Assembly: GCA_048882485.1 (NCBI GenBank)
Contig: JBHLRP010000021.1
Span: 1 to 56,648, forward strand
Direction: 5' to 3'
DNA from: Candidatus Thorarchaeota archaeon
GTDB lineage: Archaea; Asgardarchaeota; Thorarchaeia; Thorarchaeales; Thorarchaeaceae
Length of the DNA: 56,648 nucleotides
Shown here: positions 1 to 9,883 of the stretch, one piece after another
How positions within the stretch are numbered: the first letter of the stretch is position 1
How the letters are laid out: each line of letters starts with the position of its first letter
Program-made: the position numbers and the translations under genes
The notes under the pieces: generated by a model
The model's database searches: none
Seen by the model: only the letters and a program-made list of their open reading frames with translations
Told to the model about the DNA's origin: nothing

Positions 1-6
1 TGAAAA

Positions 7-115
7 TGGTGGGCCGGGGGCGACTTGAACGCCCGATCTCTTGCATTCTGTGACTTGAGGCCCTAGGTCCTTAGTCGCCCCAAGCAAGAATCATACCAAG
101 CTAGACTACCGACCC
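7..115 (-). tRNA. tRNA-Pro(GGG) with 32-nt intron at canonical 37/38 (intron 46..77), CCA encoded
   Basis: Reverse complement GGGTCGG..CCGGCCC ACCA acceptor, CTTGC/GCAAG anticodon stem around TT GGG G|T, T-loop TTCAAGT; intron forms GACT/AGTC stem with relaxed BHB. Confidence 0.9.
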
Positions 116-168
116 TTGCAGTCGTTGTCGTAAACTGATATCAAGATAAACGTTATTGCAAAGTGTAT

Positions 169-184
169 TAGAACACGTGTTCTA
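169..184. promoter_or_regulatory. 16-bp palindrome TAGAACACGTGTTCTA between divergent tRNA-Pro and HDAC genes
   Basis: Perfect palindrome; same core recurs at 25070, 33856, 34163, 34396. Confidence 0.6.
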
Positions 185-260
185 ATGGACTCGAATACAT
201 TGGGTCTGAGGTCTACACTTATCTAAGGGAATTGAACCAAGGAGGACCTGGGATGTAATA

Positions 261-1316
261 ATGGTCACAGATCTGCTCTATCATGAAGTGTTTACTAAGC
301 ATGTGATATCACCAAGTCACCCGGAAAGGCCTGAGAGATTGATTTCTGCCATGAAACATATCAACGAAACCGGTCTTCTTGAGAAGTCCAAGGTCAGAAT
401 CGTAGAAGCCATGCCAGCAGATCTGGGATTGGTCCATTCCATCCATGATAAACAGTACATCGAATTGGTCAGGACTAAGTCCGAAAGGGGTGGTGGATAC
501 TTCACATTGGATACAGCTGTCAATGAATACACCTTTGATGCTGCCATGATGGCTGCTGGTGCTGGAACATTAGCTATGGACAGAATCATGCAAGGTGAAT
601 CTGACAATGCCTACATATTGTGCCGCCCACCAGGACATCATGCAGAATACGATAGAGCCTTTGGGTTCTGTTTCATCAACAATGTCGCGGTCGCAGCAAA
701 ACATCTTCTTCAACAACATGGGATCCAGAGAGTGCTAATTGTTGACTATGATGCTCACCATGGAAATGGAACCCAGAATACGTTCTACAGTAGTAACCAG
801 GTTCTCTACATAGGGCTCCATCAAGACGGGCGAACACTTTTCCCCGGTTCAGGATTTCCGGATGAAATCGGTTCGGGGGAAGGAAAAGGATACAACGTGA
901 ATCTTGCGATGTATCCAGGAGCTGGTGACAAGTCCTACGACATTGCATTTACGGAAATTGTGGAAAAGATTGGTGAGTCATACAGACCCGAGTTTGTGCT
1001 TGTTTCATGTGGGTTTGATGGGCACTTCAATGACCCATTGACTGTCTTAGGTCTGACCACCTCAGGAATGGCAATGATGAACTCCCGACTAAACTCAATG
1101 GCAAAGAGTATTTGTGAAGGGAGAATCGCATTCTTCATCGAAGGGGGCTATGATCTCGATATAGTAGGGAAATGCTCACGCAATATAATCGAGGAGCTAA
1201 GTGGCACCGACGTTACAGTATACACAGACGAACATTCGGAGAGCGAAAACTGTACGAAGTATACAGAAGAGCTTGTTGACAGGCTAAGAAAGAACTTGAG
1301 TGATTTTTACTTCTAG
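261..1316 (+). CDS. Histone deacetylase family (class II/AcuC-like) Zn-dependent deacetylase
   Basis: HPERPER, RPPGHHA, GFCFINN, DYDAHHGNGTQ, EGGY motifs. Confidence 0.93.
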   Translation: MVTDLLYHEVFTKHVISPSHPERPERLISAMKHINETGLLEKSKVRIVEAMPADLGLVHSIHDKQYIELVRTKSERGGGYFTLDTAVNEYTFDAAMMAAGAGTLAMDRIMQGESDNAYILCRPPGHHAEYDRAFGFCFINNVAVAAKHLLQQHGIQRVLIVDYDAHHGNGTQNTFYSSNQVLYIGLHQDGRTLFPGSGFPDEIGSGEGKGYNVNLAMYPGAGDKSYDIAFTEIVEKIGESYRPEFVLVSCGFDGHFNDPLTVLGLTTSGMAMMNSRLNSMAKSICEGRIAFFIEGGYDLDIVGKCSRNIIEELSGTDVTVYTDEHSESENCTKYTEELVDRLRKNLSDFYF

Positions 1317-3565
1317 TCATTCTCAATCTCAAAGTCTTCAATAAGAGTCTGAATTGAGAATGGATCTTGGTCATCATCAGCAGACTCGATAAGAGGGTCT
1401 GTTTCGTCTTCTGTCATCGGCATATCCACTCCGAGTTGTCGCTTTATTGATTTGGCCAAAGAAGTGCCAATGGTCGGTACACGGGCGATTTGCTCAATGG
1501 ATGCATGATACAGATCAGACTGATTCTTCAAGCCATTTGCATATAGCATCCTTCCTCTTATGCGACCGATTCCTCTGAGTCTGACAATATCCAGCAGTTC
1601 TCTGTGCACCCCGTATTTCAGACGTGACCGAAGATTGTAGAAGAATGGAATATGTTGTGTGGCATTGACTACCCTAGCAATCTCTGATGCTGAGTAGGCC
1701 AACCATTCTGCTGTCTGGACGTACCTGTGAACATCACCCATTCCTACATTGAATCCCTCAGTGATTTCACGCTCCGAACTCTCAGAGGCCCATTCTTCCA
1801 GTAGTCGTGCGGTCTTCACCTCCGCAAGAAACTGCCCGTAGTCATCAAACTCATCTATTGGGGGTTCAATCAGGAAGTCATCTTTATTTCTTTCAACAAA
1901 GTAATCGTACTCATCGAAGTCCGATTTGGTAAGAAAGGTGGTTTGCTGGTCTGGAGTATGGCATATGAGATGGAGTGCACCAATAAGTGAAACCTCTTCG
2001 GCTGCAGTCAGTGTATCACGGAGCAATATGGCAGTGTAGGGATCGATGTATAGTCTGGACGCCCTCTTGCCCAATGGGGTTGCGGAGTATGATCCAGACT
2101 CAGTGTCAATCAGTTGACCCTCTTCAAGGAATATCAGAGCGGACGAAACATGATGCTGAATCTCCAACGGATCAAACTGGCAAGAGAAGAACGTTCCCTT
2201 AATCAATAAGTCAACTTCCTCTCTATTTCGTGTCATCTCTGTAGCAATGGTCGAAAGTAGATGGGAACGGAGAGCAGAAGGAGATGCAAGCTTGGATGTG
2301 ATGAGCTCTGGTTCGGCTAGTACATACTCGTCCGTTAGTGCGTCACGTTCTTGCTCGGATTTGGCAATGAGTATTGCCTCTCCATACTTGTCGTATTTTG
2401 GACGGCCAGCCCTTCCGGCCATCTGCTTGTACTCAAGGACTGGAATAGTATAGCTTCCTCGTCCTTGTTCAAAGCGGCGATAATCACGGATGACGACTCG
2501 TCTAGCTGGAAGATTCACACCAGCTGCTAAAGTAGGAGTTGCTATTACAGCTTTTAGCAAATCGTCTTTGAAGAAGTCTTCAACCAGTGTACGTTCATTG
2601 TTATCAAGTCCAGCATGGTGAAATGCAACTCCTGAAACGATGACTCTTGCTAGGGTCTTCGTTGCTTCAGGAGCTGAAGGTCTTGCAGACAACTTCCTAG
2701 CTGCTTTCGCTAGACGCTCATGCGCATCTGTATTGACATAGGGACGTACAGATGAGGCAAGTTTCTTGGCTACTGCAACAGTTGACCTTCTACTTGATAC
2801 AAACACGAGAACCTGACCCTTCTCATCCAAGATATCGCAGACCACATCACCGATTATCTCCGACCGCCTTCGGGGGATAGACTTTGTTTCACCTTCAAGA
2901 ATGAATGCGATTTTATTGTCAAAGTAGACGCCTTCTTTCAATGGCACCGGTCTCCACGAACTTGTGACAAGATTTGCACTCAGCCATTCTGCGATTCTCT
3001 CGGAATTTGAGATGGTAGCACTCAATGCTAAAATCTGCACATCTGGAAGACTCTGCATCATCTTGGCAATGACCATTTCCAGTGTAGGACCCCGTTGTGG
3101 GTCATTCACTAGATGGACTTCATCTACCACCATGATTCCTACTTCTTCAAGCCACTGTGTTCTATGGCGCACTAATGAGTCAGCTCGTTCTGTCGTCAAT
3201 ACAACTATGTCTGCCTCTCTTAGACGGGTGCCCGGCGAGTCATAGTCCCCTATGGACATGGCGACTGTGATTCCTAGTGATTCGTATTTCTTGAATTCTG
3301 AATACTTCTCTCTTGCAAGGGACCGTAGTGGAACAAGATACAATGCTTTGCCGCGTCCATCTAGAATACACTTGAGCATGGATATCTCTGCCACTAGCGT
3401 CTTGCCAGAACTTGTTGGAACTGCCAGAACGAGATTGTTGCCATCCAGCACTCCTGTTTCAAAGGCTGATATCTGAGGGGGAAAGAGTGTGAGTATTCCA
3501 GTATCCCGAAGCAGATTGATGACCTTCTTATTTACGGACAAGCTCTCAAGCTGCGTTGTAGTCAT
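1313..3565 (-). CDS. hel308: Ski2-like SF2 helicase Hel308/Hjm
   Basis: PTSSGKT, DEVH, LSAT, FHHAGL, TPTLAAGVNLPA, QMAGRAGRP; C-terminal HhH. Confidence 0.93.
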   Translation of the reverse strand: MTTTQLESLSVNKKVINLLRDTGILTLFPPQISAFETGVLDGNNLVLAVPTSSGKTLVAEISMLKCILDGRGKALYLVPLRSLAREKYSEFKKYESLGITVAMSIGDYDSPGTRLREADIVVLTTERADSLVRHRTQWLEEVGIMVVDEVHLVNDPQRGPTLEMVIAKMMQSLPDVQILALSATISNSERIAEWLSANLVTSSWRPVPLKEGVYFDNKIAFILEGETKSIPRRRSEIIGDVVCDILDEKGQVLVFVSSRRSTVAVAKKLASSVRPYVNTDAHERLAKAARKLSARPSAPEATKTLARVIVSGVAFHHAGLDNNERTLVEDFFKDDLLKAVIATPTLAAGVNLPARRVVIRDYRRFEQGRGSYTIPVLEYKQMAGRAGRPKYDKYGEAILIAKSEQERDALTDEYVLAEPELITSKLASPSALRSHLLSTIATEMTRNREEVDLLIKGTFFSCQFDPLEIQHHVSSALIFLEEGQLIDTESGSYSATPLGKRASRLYIDPYTAILLRDTLTAAEEVSLIGALHLICHTPDQQTTFLTKSDFDEYDYFVERNKDDFLIEPPIDEFDDYGQFLAEVKTARLLEEWASESSEREITEGFNVGMGDVHRYVQTAEWLAYSASEIARVVNATQHIPFFYNLRSRLKYGVHRELLDIVRLRGIGRIRGRMLYANGLKNQSDLYHASIEQIARVPTIGTSLAKSIKRQLGVDMPMTEDETDPLIESADDDQDPFSIQTLIEDFEIEND

Positions 3566-3585
3566 CTCCAGTGTAAAGCTGCCTG

Positions 3586-5661
3586 TTACTTTGGCGGCAG
3601 TCGAATGGTACCCTCGCCTTTAGGCCTATATGCAGTACCCTCTAGTAGAAGCTTCTCTATGACCGGCCCAGCTCTTTCTCTTGAAATCTTCTTGATCTCT
3701 AGTCTCTGCAAAAGCTCAACCTCGCTATTCACACCGTCGTCTTCCATTTCCTTGAGGGTTTCGATAATTGCAGTTCTAATTTGTCTCTGACTAGAAGACT
3801 CTTCTGCATAGATTCGGTCTGCGTCAAATTCACCAGTTTCAACATCATAGAACACCATTTGCATTGATGCCTTCATAAGGTCAACAGCCGCTGATCCGTC
3901 CTCTCTGCTGACTTCGCGCTTTAGTGCCATTCTTGCTCGAGCTTCTGCAAGACGTACTAATGACTCCAGCTGCCGGGCAGTGATGGGTATAGGGGCATCT
4001 TCTTCTTGAGCCTTTTTTCGAAGACCCACATAGAAGTCCTTTATTGCCTCAGCAGCCTCAGGAGTCAGTTTAGGCTCGAACTCGCGGTGCGCAAATGCAA
4101 TATACTTCTTCAAGAGCTTCTTCGGAATTGGGGCTGTTTCATCTCTTACCTTCCTCGGTTTCCCCTGATGCAGATCTAGAATGAATCCTGCTAGGTCTTT
4201 GTCGCGCTCTTCATCTGGAGTGTCAATCATGACCCAGATTAGATCAAATCTGGACAGAATTGTGAAGGGTAGTTTGATGTTTTCTTGTGGAGTCCATGAA
4301 ATGTTATATCGGCCAAGTGAGGGATTCGCCGCAGCTAGAATTGAGGTGCGTGCATTCAATGTCGCAACAATGCCGGCCTTTGCTATGCTCACAGTATGTT
4401 GTTCCATTGCCTCGTGTATTGCTGTTCGATCATTTGGATCCATTTTGTCAAACTCATCTATGCATGCAATTCCTTTGTCTGCCAGAACTAACGCTCCAGC
4501 TTCAAGTGTCATAGCTCCGCTGTCAGTATCATGAACAACAGCTGCTGTCAGACCTGCAGCAGTGGTACCCTTTCCTGATGTGTACAGGGCTCTGGAGCCA
4601 AGATCTGCCACATACTTCAAGATCTGGCTTTTTCCAGTCCCAGGATCACCGACTAGTAGAATGTTTGACCGTCCCCTTAGCCGAATTCCTTCCTCTTCGA
4701 AAATCTTCTCGACTCCACCGAATAGAAGAAGTGAGATTGATTTCTTGATGTCGTCATGCCCTTGGATTGCAGGTGCAATTGATCTGTAAATCTTCTCATG
4801 AATATATGGATTCTCAGACAGCGCGAGTATCTCTTCCCTATCTTCAGGGGAAATATCAAGCTCATATTCCTTCTCTGCAACTTCTACCCCATTAGCTTCG
4901 ATAAATACTCTGAAGGTGGCTAGCTTCCCACCCCTCCTCGAGAAGTCAGGTGCGGTTTGGAGCATTCCCGTCACATTGACCATGTCCCCAGGTCTCGAAA
5001 TGTCTACTATGTCACCCTTGAGGACTGCATCGACAGACCTTGGCATTTGTCCTGGAGGGAGCTCCTCAGGTGATTCCTGTATTCGAACCTTCTGCCAGTC
5101 TATGAACCGTGATTTTCCTTGCCCAAGTAACAGCTTCATAGGGGTCTTTTTCCCGCAGCTAGTACAAAACGCAGGTTCGGTGTAGCGACCTTCCTCTTGT
5201 TCTTGGGGAATTTCGTCACCACAAATTCTGCATTCGAATGTGGCATTGACCAATAATGGCTTGACTTCGCTTGCACGCATCATGATGCCCTTGACACGGA
5301 TTAACTTCCCGATGTGACGCGCCCGTATGTATCTAAGAGGAACAGTATCAGTATAGTTAATGATGCGGACATTTAATGCGTCATGCCCAATTGCTTCAAC
5401 ATACTTTGGATCTTCGATTCTAAGGATAGTAACCAATGCATTGTGAGCGTTCTTGAGAAATGACTGAGGGTCTTCTGTGGCGTCTGCTGTAAATTCATTA
5501 TCAAAGCTGATAAGATCTTCAAAGTTTATGACTAATGAAGTTTCACCGTCAACGGACATCTCTTGTACTTTAGACCAGTAGACTGGATTGCCATGTTCAT
5601 CTTTGAAGGTGCGAATGAATTCCTCGAATCTTCTCTCTTCGGTCTCCATTTCTGTTGTCAT
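3586..5661 (-). CDS. mcm: Replicative helicase MCM (no intein)
   Basis: Zn finger CRIC..CTSC, GDPGTGKSQ, IDEFDKM, LSRFD, ITARQLESLVRL. Confidence 0.97.
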   Translation of the reverse strand: MTTEMETEERRFEEFIRTFKDEHGNPVYWSKVQEMSVDGETSLVINFEDLISFDNEFTADATEDPQSFLKNAHNALVTILRIEDPKYVEAIGHDALNVRIINYTDTVPLRYIRARHIGKLIRVKGIMMRASEVKPLLVNATFECRICGDEIPQEQEEGRYTEPAFCTSCGKKTPMKLLLGQGKSRFIDWQKVRIQESPEELPPGQMPRSVDAVLKGDIVDISRPGDMVNVTGMLQTAPDFSRRGGKLATFRVFIEANGVEVAEKEYELDISPEDREEILALSENPYIHEKIYRSIAPAIQGHDDIKKSISLLLFGGVEKIFEEEGIRLRGRSNILLVGDPGTGKSQILKYVADLGSRALYTSGKGTTAAGLTAAVVHDTDSGAMTLEAGALVLADKGIACIDEFDKMDPNDRTAIHEAMEQHTVSIAKAGIVATLNARTSILAAANPSLGRYNISWTPQENIKLPFTILSRFDLIWVMIDTPDEERDKDLAGFILDLHQGKPRKVRDETAPIPKKLLKKYIAFAHREFEPKLTPEAAEAIKDFYVGLRKKAQEEDAPIPITARQLESLVRLAEARARMALKREVSREDGSAAVDLMKASMQMVFYDVETGEFDADRIYAEESSSQRQIRTAIIETLKEMEDDGVNSEVELLQRLEIKKISRERAGPVIEKLLLEGTAYRPKGEGTIRLPPK

Positions 5662-5800
5662 GATTAATCAGAACACTCCAGATGTAGTCCTAGTGATGTC
5701 ACACGACTCTCACACTGTGTCTGTAGGGGTCAGATATTAAAACCCGTTCTCGTTAGTTGTGAGTTTGCCTTTTAACTCTGTCAGAGCTGTTGGACGTTCT

Positions 5801-6403
5801 TCAGACTATGGTCTTTTCTCTCACCATTTCGCGCCAAGCAGAGAGTAGAAAGTAGAGTTCATCTGCAAGCCACCTTTCTTCCCGCGACATTCTCTTACGG
5901 TTATCTTGACTTACGCCAGACTCGGGTTTTGCAGCGCGTATTAGTTTAGACAAACGAGTTTCGGTCAGAATTCTGAGCATTGTGCTCATCTTCTTGATAT
6001 CAGCATAACGACGCGGTTCCATTGAGGTCTTGTCACTTTGTAGCTGGCTCATCTTTCGGATGAAAGCAGAATAAAGCAATTTGGGCCGCTCATTTTTTTT
6101 ATCATAAAGACTCTGTAATTTGGGGTCCTCTCTCTCTGTATTATACAGATTTTGAAAGGACCGAAAAGAATCATACGCATCACTGACATCCAAGTCAATA
6201 AGATCATGGACAATGAGCTTCTCGATTGCCCAATTAGGAAGTTGCGCCGCAGTTTCGGCTTTGAAAGGACCTAGTTTCTCTCCTCCTATCGTGATTTCTG
6301 GCACATCCTCGCGAAAGAAACACCTACGGGTTTCGTTTAGAAACTGCATTGCAAACCGGTCTCCCACAGTCTTGGAGTCGCGTTGAGAACTCATTGTGCA
6401 CAC
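5801..6403 (-). CDS. gins23: GINS subunit (Gins23-like)
   Basis: N-terminal beta B-domain (LGPF..LPNWA), helical A-domain with RLSKL and MSREERWL; directly upstream of mcm. Confidence 0.75.
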   Translation of the reverse strand: MCTMSSQRDSKTVGDRFAMQFLNETRRCFFREDVPEITIGGEKLGPFKAETAAQLPNWAIEKLIVHDLIDLDVSDAYDSFRSFQNLYNTEREDPKLQSLYDKKNERPKLLYSAFIRKMSQLQSDKTSMEPRRYADIKKMSTMLRILTETRLSKLIRAAKPESGVSQDNRKRMSREERWLADELYFLLSAWREMVREKTIV

Positions 6404-6589
6404 GATTTTCGATTGATTGGCGTACCATAAGAACTTGTGCCAAAGTACGAGTAATGGTGCTCCTTTTAGTCCAACAATGGTATTATCTAGTGGAGTTAGA
6501 CTTCTGTTTCCAATTGACTGATGCTTCCGGAGAAGCTTTTAAGAACAGCAGAAGATTGTCACCGCAGCCTACGACTGGATGGGAATCAA

Positions 6590-7546
6590 ATGGACTTGGA
6601 CCTCTGGACAGAGAAATATCGCCCTCCCACTCTAGGGGAGATTATTGGACAGGAATCGATTATTGAGAGTCTAACCAAATTCGTGGAGAACAGGAATGTA
6701 CCGCATTGTCTATTCAGCGGACCGCCAGGCACAAGCAAGACTACAGCTGCAATGGCGATGGCAAGAGATCTCTTTGACGACACTTTTGATCGTAACTTCA
6801 TGGAACTAAATGCAAGTGATGAGAGAGGCATTGATGTCGTCAGGAATCAGATAAAGAACTTCGCCAGGACCATGCCAGCGGGAGATGCACCCTTCAAGAT
6901 TCTGGTCCTAGATGAGGCAGACCATCTTACTGCTGACGCTCAACATGCGTTAAGACGGACGATGGAGTCGTATGCGAGCTCATGCAGAATGATATTGATA
7001 TGCAACTATTCGAGCAGAATCATTCCACCAATTCAATCTAGATGTGCGATATTCAGATTCGCCCGATTAAGTGATGACTCAATGGCTGAGAGGCTCAAGT
7101 TCATTGCGAAAAAGGAGAAAGTTTCTGTCAACGCAAGTGGAACCAAGGCTATACTCTATCTCGCAGAGGGGGACATGCGGGCTGCTATCAACCTTCTTCA
7201 AGCATCTGCATCTGCAGGAGAAAAGGTAGATGATACAATAGTTTACTCAATAGCTGGAAGAGCAAACCCTAGGGCAATTAGGGAGATGTTGGACTCAGCT
7301 GATGCGAACTATGAGGACTCTCTAGAGAAACTTAGAATACTCATCTACCAGCAGGGAGTGTCTCCCGTAGATTTGGCAAGGCAACTGCATAGAGAAGTGC
7401 TAAAGCTGGACATAGCAGAGGATCAAAAGATGCTGATTCTTGAGAGGGCTGCAGAAGTCGAGTTTCGAATAGGGGAGGGAGCAAGTGGAGAGGTCCAGCT
7501 GAGCGCACTATTAGCGCATATAGGACTGGAACGGGGTAAATCATGA
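6590..7546 (+). CDS. rfcS: Replication factor C small subunit (ATG 6590 preferred over ORF start 6521)
   Basis: WTEKYRP, GPPGTSKTT, ELNASDERG, LDEAD, IQSRC. Confidence 0.95.
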   Translation: MDLDLWTEKYRPPTLGEIIGQESIIESLTKFVENRNVPHCLFSGPPGTSKTTAAMAMARDLFDDTFDRNFMELNASDERGIDVVRNQIKNFARTMPAGDAPFKILVLDEADHLTADAQHALRRTMESYASSCRMILICNYSSRIIPPIQSRCAIFRFARLSDDSMAERLKFIAKKEKVSVNASGTKAILYLAEGDMRAAINLLQASASAGEKVDDTIVYSIAGRANPRAIREMLDSADANYEDSLEKLRILIYQQGVSPVDLARQLHREVLKLDIAEDQKMLILERAAEVEFRIGEGASGEVQLSALLAHIGLERGKS

Positions 7547-8751
7547 ATCACAGAAATCTGCCTTGGCCAGAACTCCACCGACCTACAAGTCTCAAGCAGG
7601 TAGCTGGCAACGTCGATGCAATAAGAGAACTGAAGAAGTGGATTCAGTCCTGGATTGATGGATTGCCTAGTAAGAGAGCTGCATTATTGATTGGCCCTCC
7701 AGGTGTGGGAAAGACTGCTTCTGTTGGTGCGCTCTCTCATGACTACGACCTAGAACTGGTAGAGTTCAATTCAAGCGATAAGCGAAACAAGGGGACTATC
7801 GAGAATCAGGTATGGAAAGCGGCAACGCAACAGACCCTGGATGGTAGACTTCGTCTTCTTCTCCTAGACGAGGTAGACGGGCTCTCCGGGACTAGTGATC
7901 GAGGAGGGGTGGGTGCGATTCTGAAAATCGTCGAAGACACAGTCCATCCCATTATAATGACAGCAAATGATCCAAACAGCCCACGCCTCAAGGATTTGGT
8001 GAAGGTCTGCAAGGTGTTCATGTTCGATGCAATTGAATCAAGTGATATGGTAGCTGTCATCAGAGAAATTGCAGCTGTGCATGAATCTGCGTTCTCTGAC
8101 GACGTGTTAGAGGGAATTGTTGATAGGGCTGGGGGCGACCTTCGAGCTGCAATATCAGATCTTGAAACGCTTTCTGTAAGCGGACGCACGTCTGATGTGG
8201 GACTGCCATCACGTGATGTGCGTCGTGAGGTTAGGGAAGCCTTTGGACGGCTGTTTATGACTACAGACGCAGAATCTGCCAAACGTGTTGTTTCAGAATT
8301 GGATATGGACCACAATCAACTGCTTCTTTGGCTTGAAGAGAATGTACATCTTCATCTCACAACCCCGGAAGAACTAGACCGGGGTTTTGAATTTCTCTCG
8401 CTTGCTGATCTATCACTTGGACGGATTTGGAAACGTCAAAACTGGAAACTGCTGGCCTATGTATATGACTTCTTGGCGGTTGGAATTTCGACAAGCAGAA
8501 AGGTGACTCCATATAGAAATGTTGAGTATTCTCAGCCAGCTTGGCCAATGCTGGTTTGGCGGGGGAACAGAAAGCGTGACAAGGAATCAGACCTTCTCTC
8601 AAAACTCTCTAGAATCGCTTCAATCTCTGGAAGGAGAACGGTACCTGCTTACAGGAGTGCAATATTGGAGATAGTCAGAAGGAATCCTCGATTGAAAGGA
8701 GTCTTCTCGGACTGGTTAGAAGTCAAGAGGGGTTTCTTTGATGAAAGATGA
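7543..8751 (+). CDS. rfcL: Replication factor C large subunit
   Basis: PWPELHRP, GPPGVGKT, EFNSSDKR, LDEVDG; ATGA overlap with rfcS. Confidence 0.92.
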   Translation: MNHRNLPWPELHRPTSLKQVAGNVDAIRELKKWIQSWIDGLPSKRAALLIGPPGVGKTASVGALSHDYDLELVEFNSSDKRNKGTIENQVWKAATQQTLDGRLRLLLLDEVDGLSGTSDRGGVGAILKIVEDTVHPIIMTANDPNSPRLKDLVKVCKVFMFDAIESSDMVAVIREIAAVHESAFSDDVLEGIVDRAGGDLRAAISDLETLSVSGRTSDVGLPSRDVRREVREAFGRLFMTTDAESAKRVVSELDMDHNQLLLWLEENVHLHLTTPEELDRGFEFLSLADLSLGRIWKRQNWKLLAYVYDFLAVGISTSRKVTPYRNVEYSQPAWPMLVWRGNRKRDKESDLLSKLSRIASISGRRTVPAYRSAILEIVRRNPRLKGVFSDWLEVKRGFFDER

Positions 8752-9562
8752 AGTCATCACTGATTGCATTTAGTGTACGTCTGAATCTCTTGAAATAATT
8801 CAAATGGACTCTTAACTCCTTCCGGACCCTTGAAATTGCATACTTACTGGTGGTCATGCGAATTGGTATCACTGTCTCCACTAGTACCAAGCATTCTGGT
8901 GGAGCAGGCTCAATACCTCCTGGAATTATATTATGGCCATTGAGATGGTCTGAGAATGTTTGAATGTCCATAGTGCCAGATCCAATCTGTTCAAGCAGTG
9001 ATACTGTCTTTCTGATTAGCTTCCAAAGGAAGTTAGTACCAAAGATGTCCAGAGTAATGCTGTCATCCGATTTCAGGAGACTTGCATTGATGATCGTGGT
9101 TGTAGTTGGTCTATCACCATCTGGCTTGGAGAGATGAGAGAAGTCGCGGGTTCCTGACAATAGCTGTATGGCAGTTCTCATCGCTTGGAGATTCACATCA
9201 GACGGATTTGTATCAAGATAGTATCTATAATGTCTCATAAGTACATCATATCGAGGATTGAAATTGGGTGGAGCTATGGCATATGCCCACAATGCAATAT
9301 CAGGTGGTAGGTATCTGTTTACTTTATCTATCTCGAGCTTCCTTTCCCCGTTTATCATAACAATTTGACCTATGCTATGCACTCCTCGGTCGGTACGACC
9401 CGAGAGTTGGACCGTCTGAGTAGCATAGCCGTTTTTACTCCCCGAGTCCCAACGATTCAACGCATCAATGAGTTCACCCTGTATGGTTTTGAGATTCGGC
9501 TGGAATTGAGACCCATGATAGGCATCTCCAAGATAGAAGAGACGTGCGATATAGGAGTGCAA
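8723..9562 (-). CDS. truA: tRNA pseudouridine(38-40) synthase
   Basis: YHGSQFQP, GRTDRGVH catalytic motif, FLWKLIR, PAPPECL. Confidence 0.92.
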   Translation of the reverse strand: MHSYIARLFYLGDAYHGSQFQPNLKTIQGELIDALNRWDSGSKNGYATQTVQLSGRTDRGVHSIGQIVMINGERKLEIDKVNRYLPPDIALWAYAIAPPNFNPRYDVLMRHYRYYLDTNPSDVNLQAMRTAIQLLSGTRDFSHLSKPDGDRPTTTTIINASLLKSDDSITLDIFGTNFLWKLIRKTVSLLEQIGSGTMDIQTFSDHLNGHNIIPGGIEPAPPECLVLVETVIPIRMTTSKYAISRVRKELRVHLNYFKRFRRTLNAISDDFIFHQRNPS

Positions 9563-9578
9563 TTAGCAGACCTCTTAG

Positions 9579-9872
9579 TCATGACTGCCATAGTCCAAAC
9601 AGGTTGCGTAAGGCTCGTGCCCTGTGGTCCTCTATCCGATAGCGGTAGATTTTGATTCTCCCAAACATCTTCTCCTCGACTAGACCTGATTTGATAAGTA
9701 CCTCGAGATGCGATTTGGTCGAGCTATGATTCAAGGAAACTCTCCGGCAGAGTTCGGATATATTCAGCTCGCTTGAGGTGGCAAGTTCTTTTATTATCTT
9801 GATTCTCCCTCTTGAAGAGAATAGTTCCTCTATTGGTACTCGAAATCCGTCATCAGTATCAGTAGAAATCAT
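9579..9872 (-). CDS. ArsR-like winged-helix DNA-binding protein downstream of cdc6
   Basis: LFSSRGRIKI..LNISELCRR..SHLEVL..GLVEEKMFGRIKIYR wHTH pattern. Confidence 0.8.
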   Translation of the reverse strand: MISTDTDDGFRVPIEELFSSRGRIKIIKELATSSELNISELCRRVSLNHSSTKSHLEVLIKSGLVEEKMFGRIKIYRYRIEDHRARALRNLFGLWQS

Positions 9873-9883
9873 GAAACCCCCCT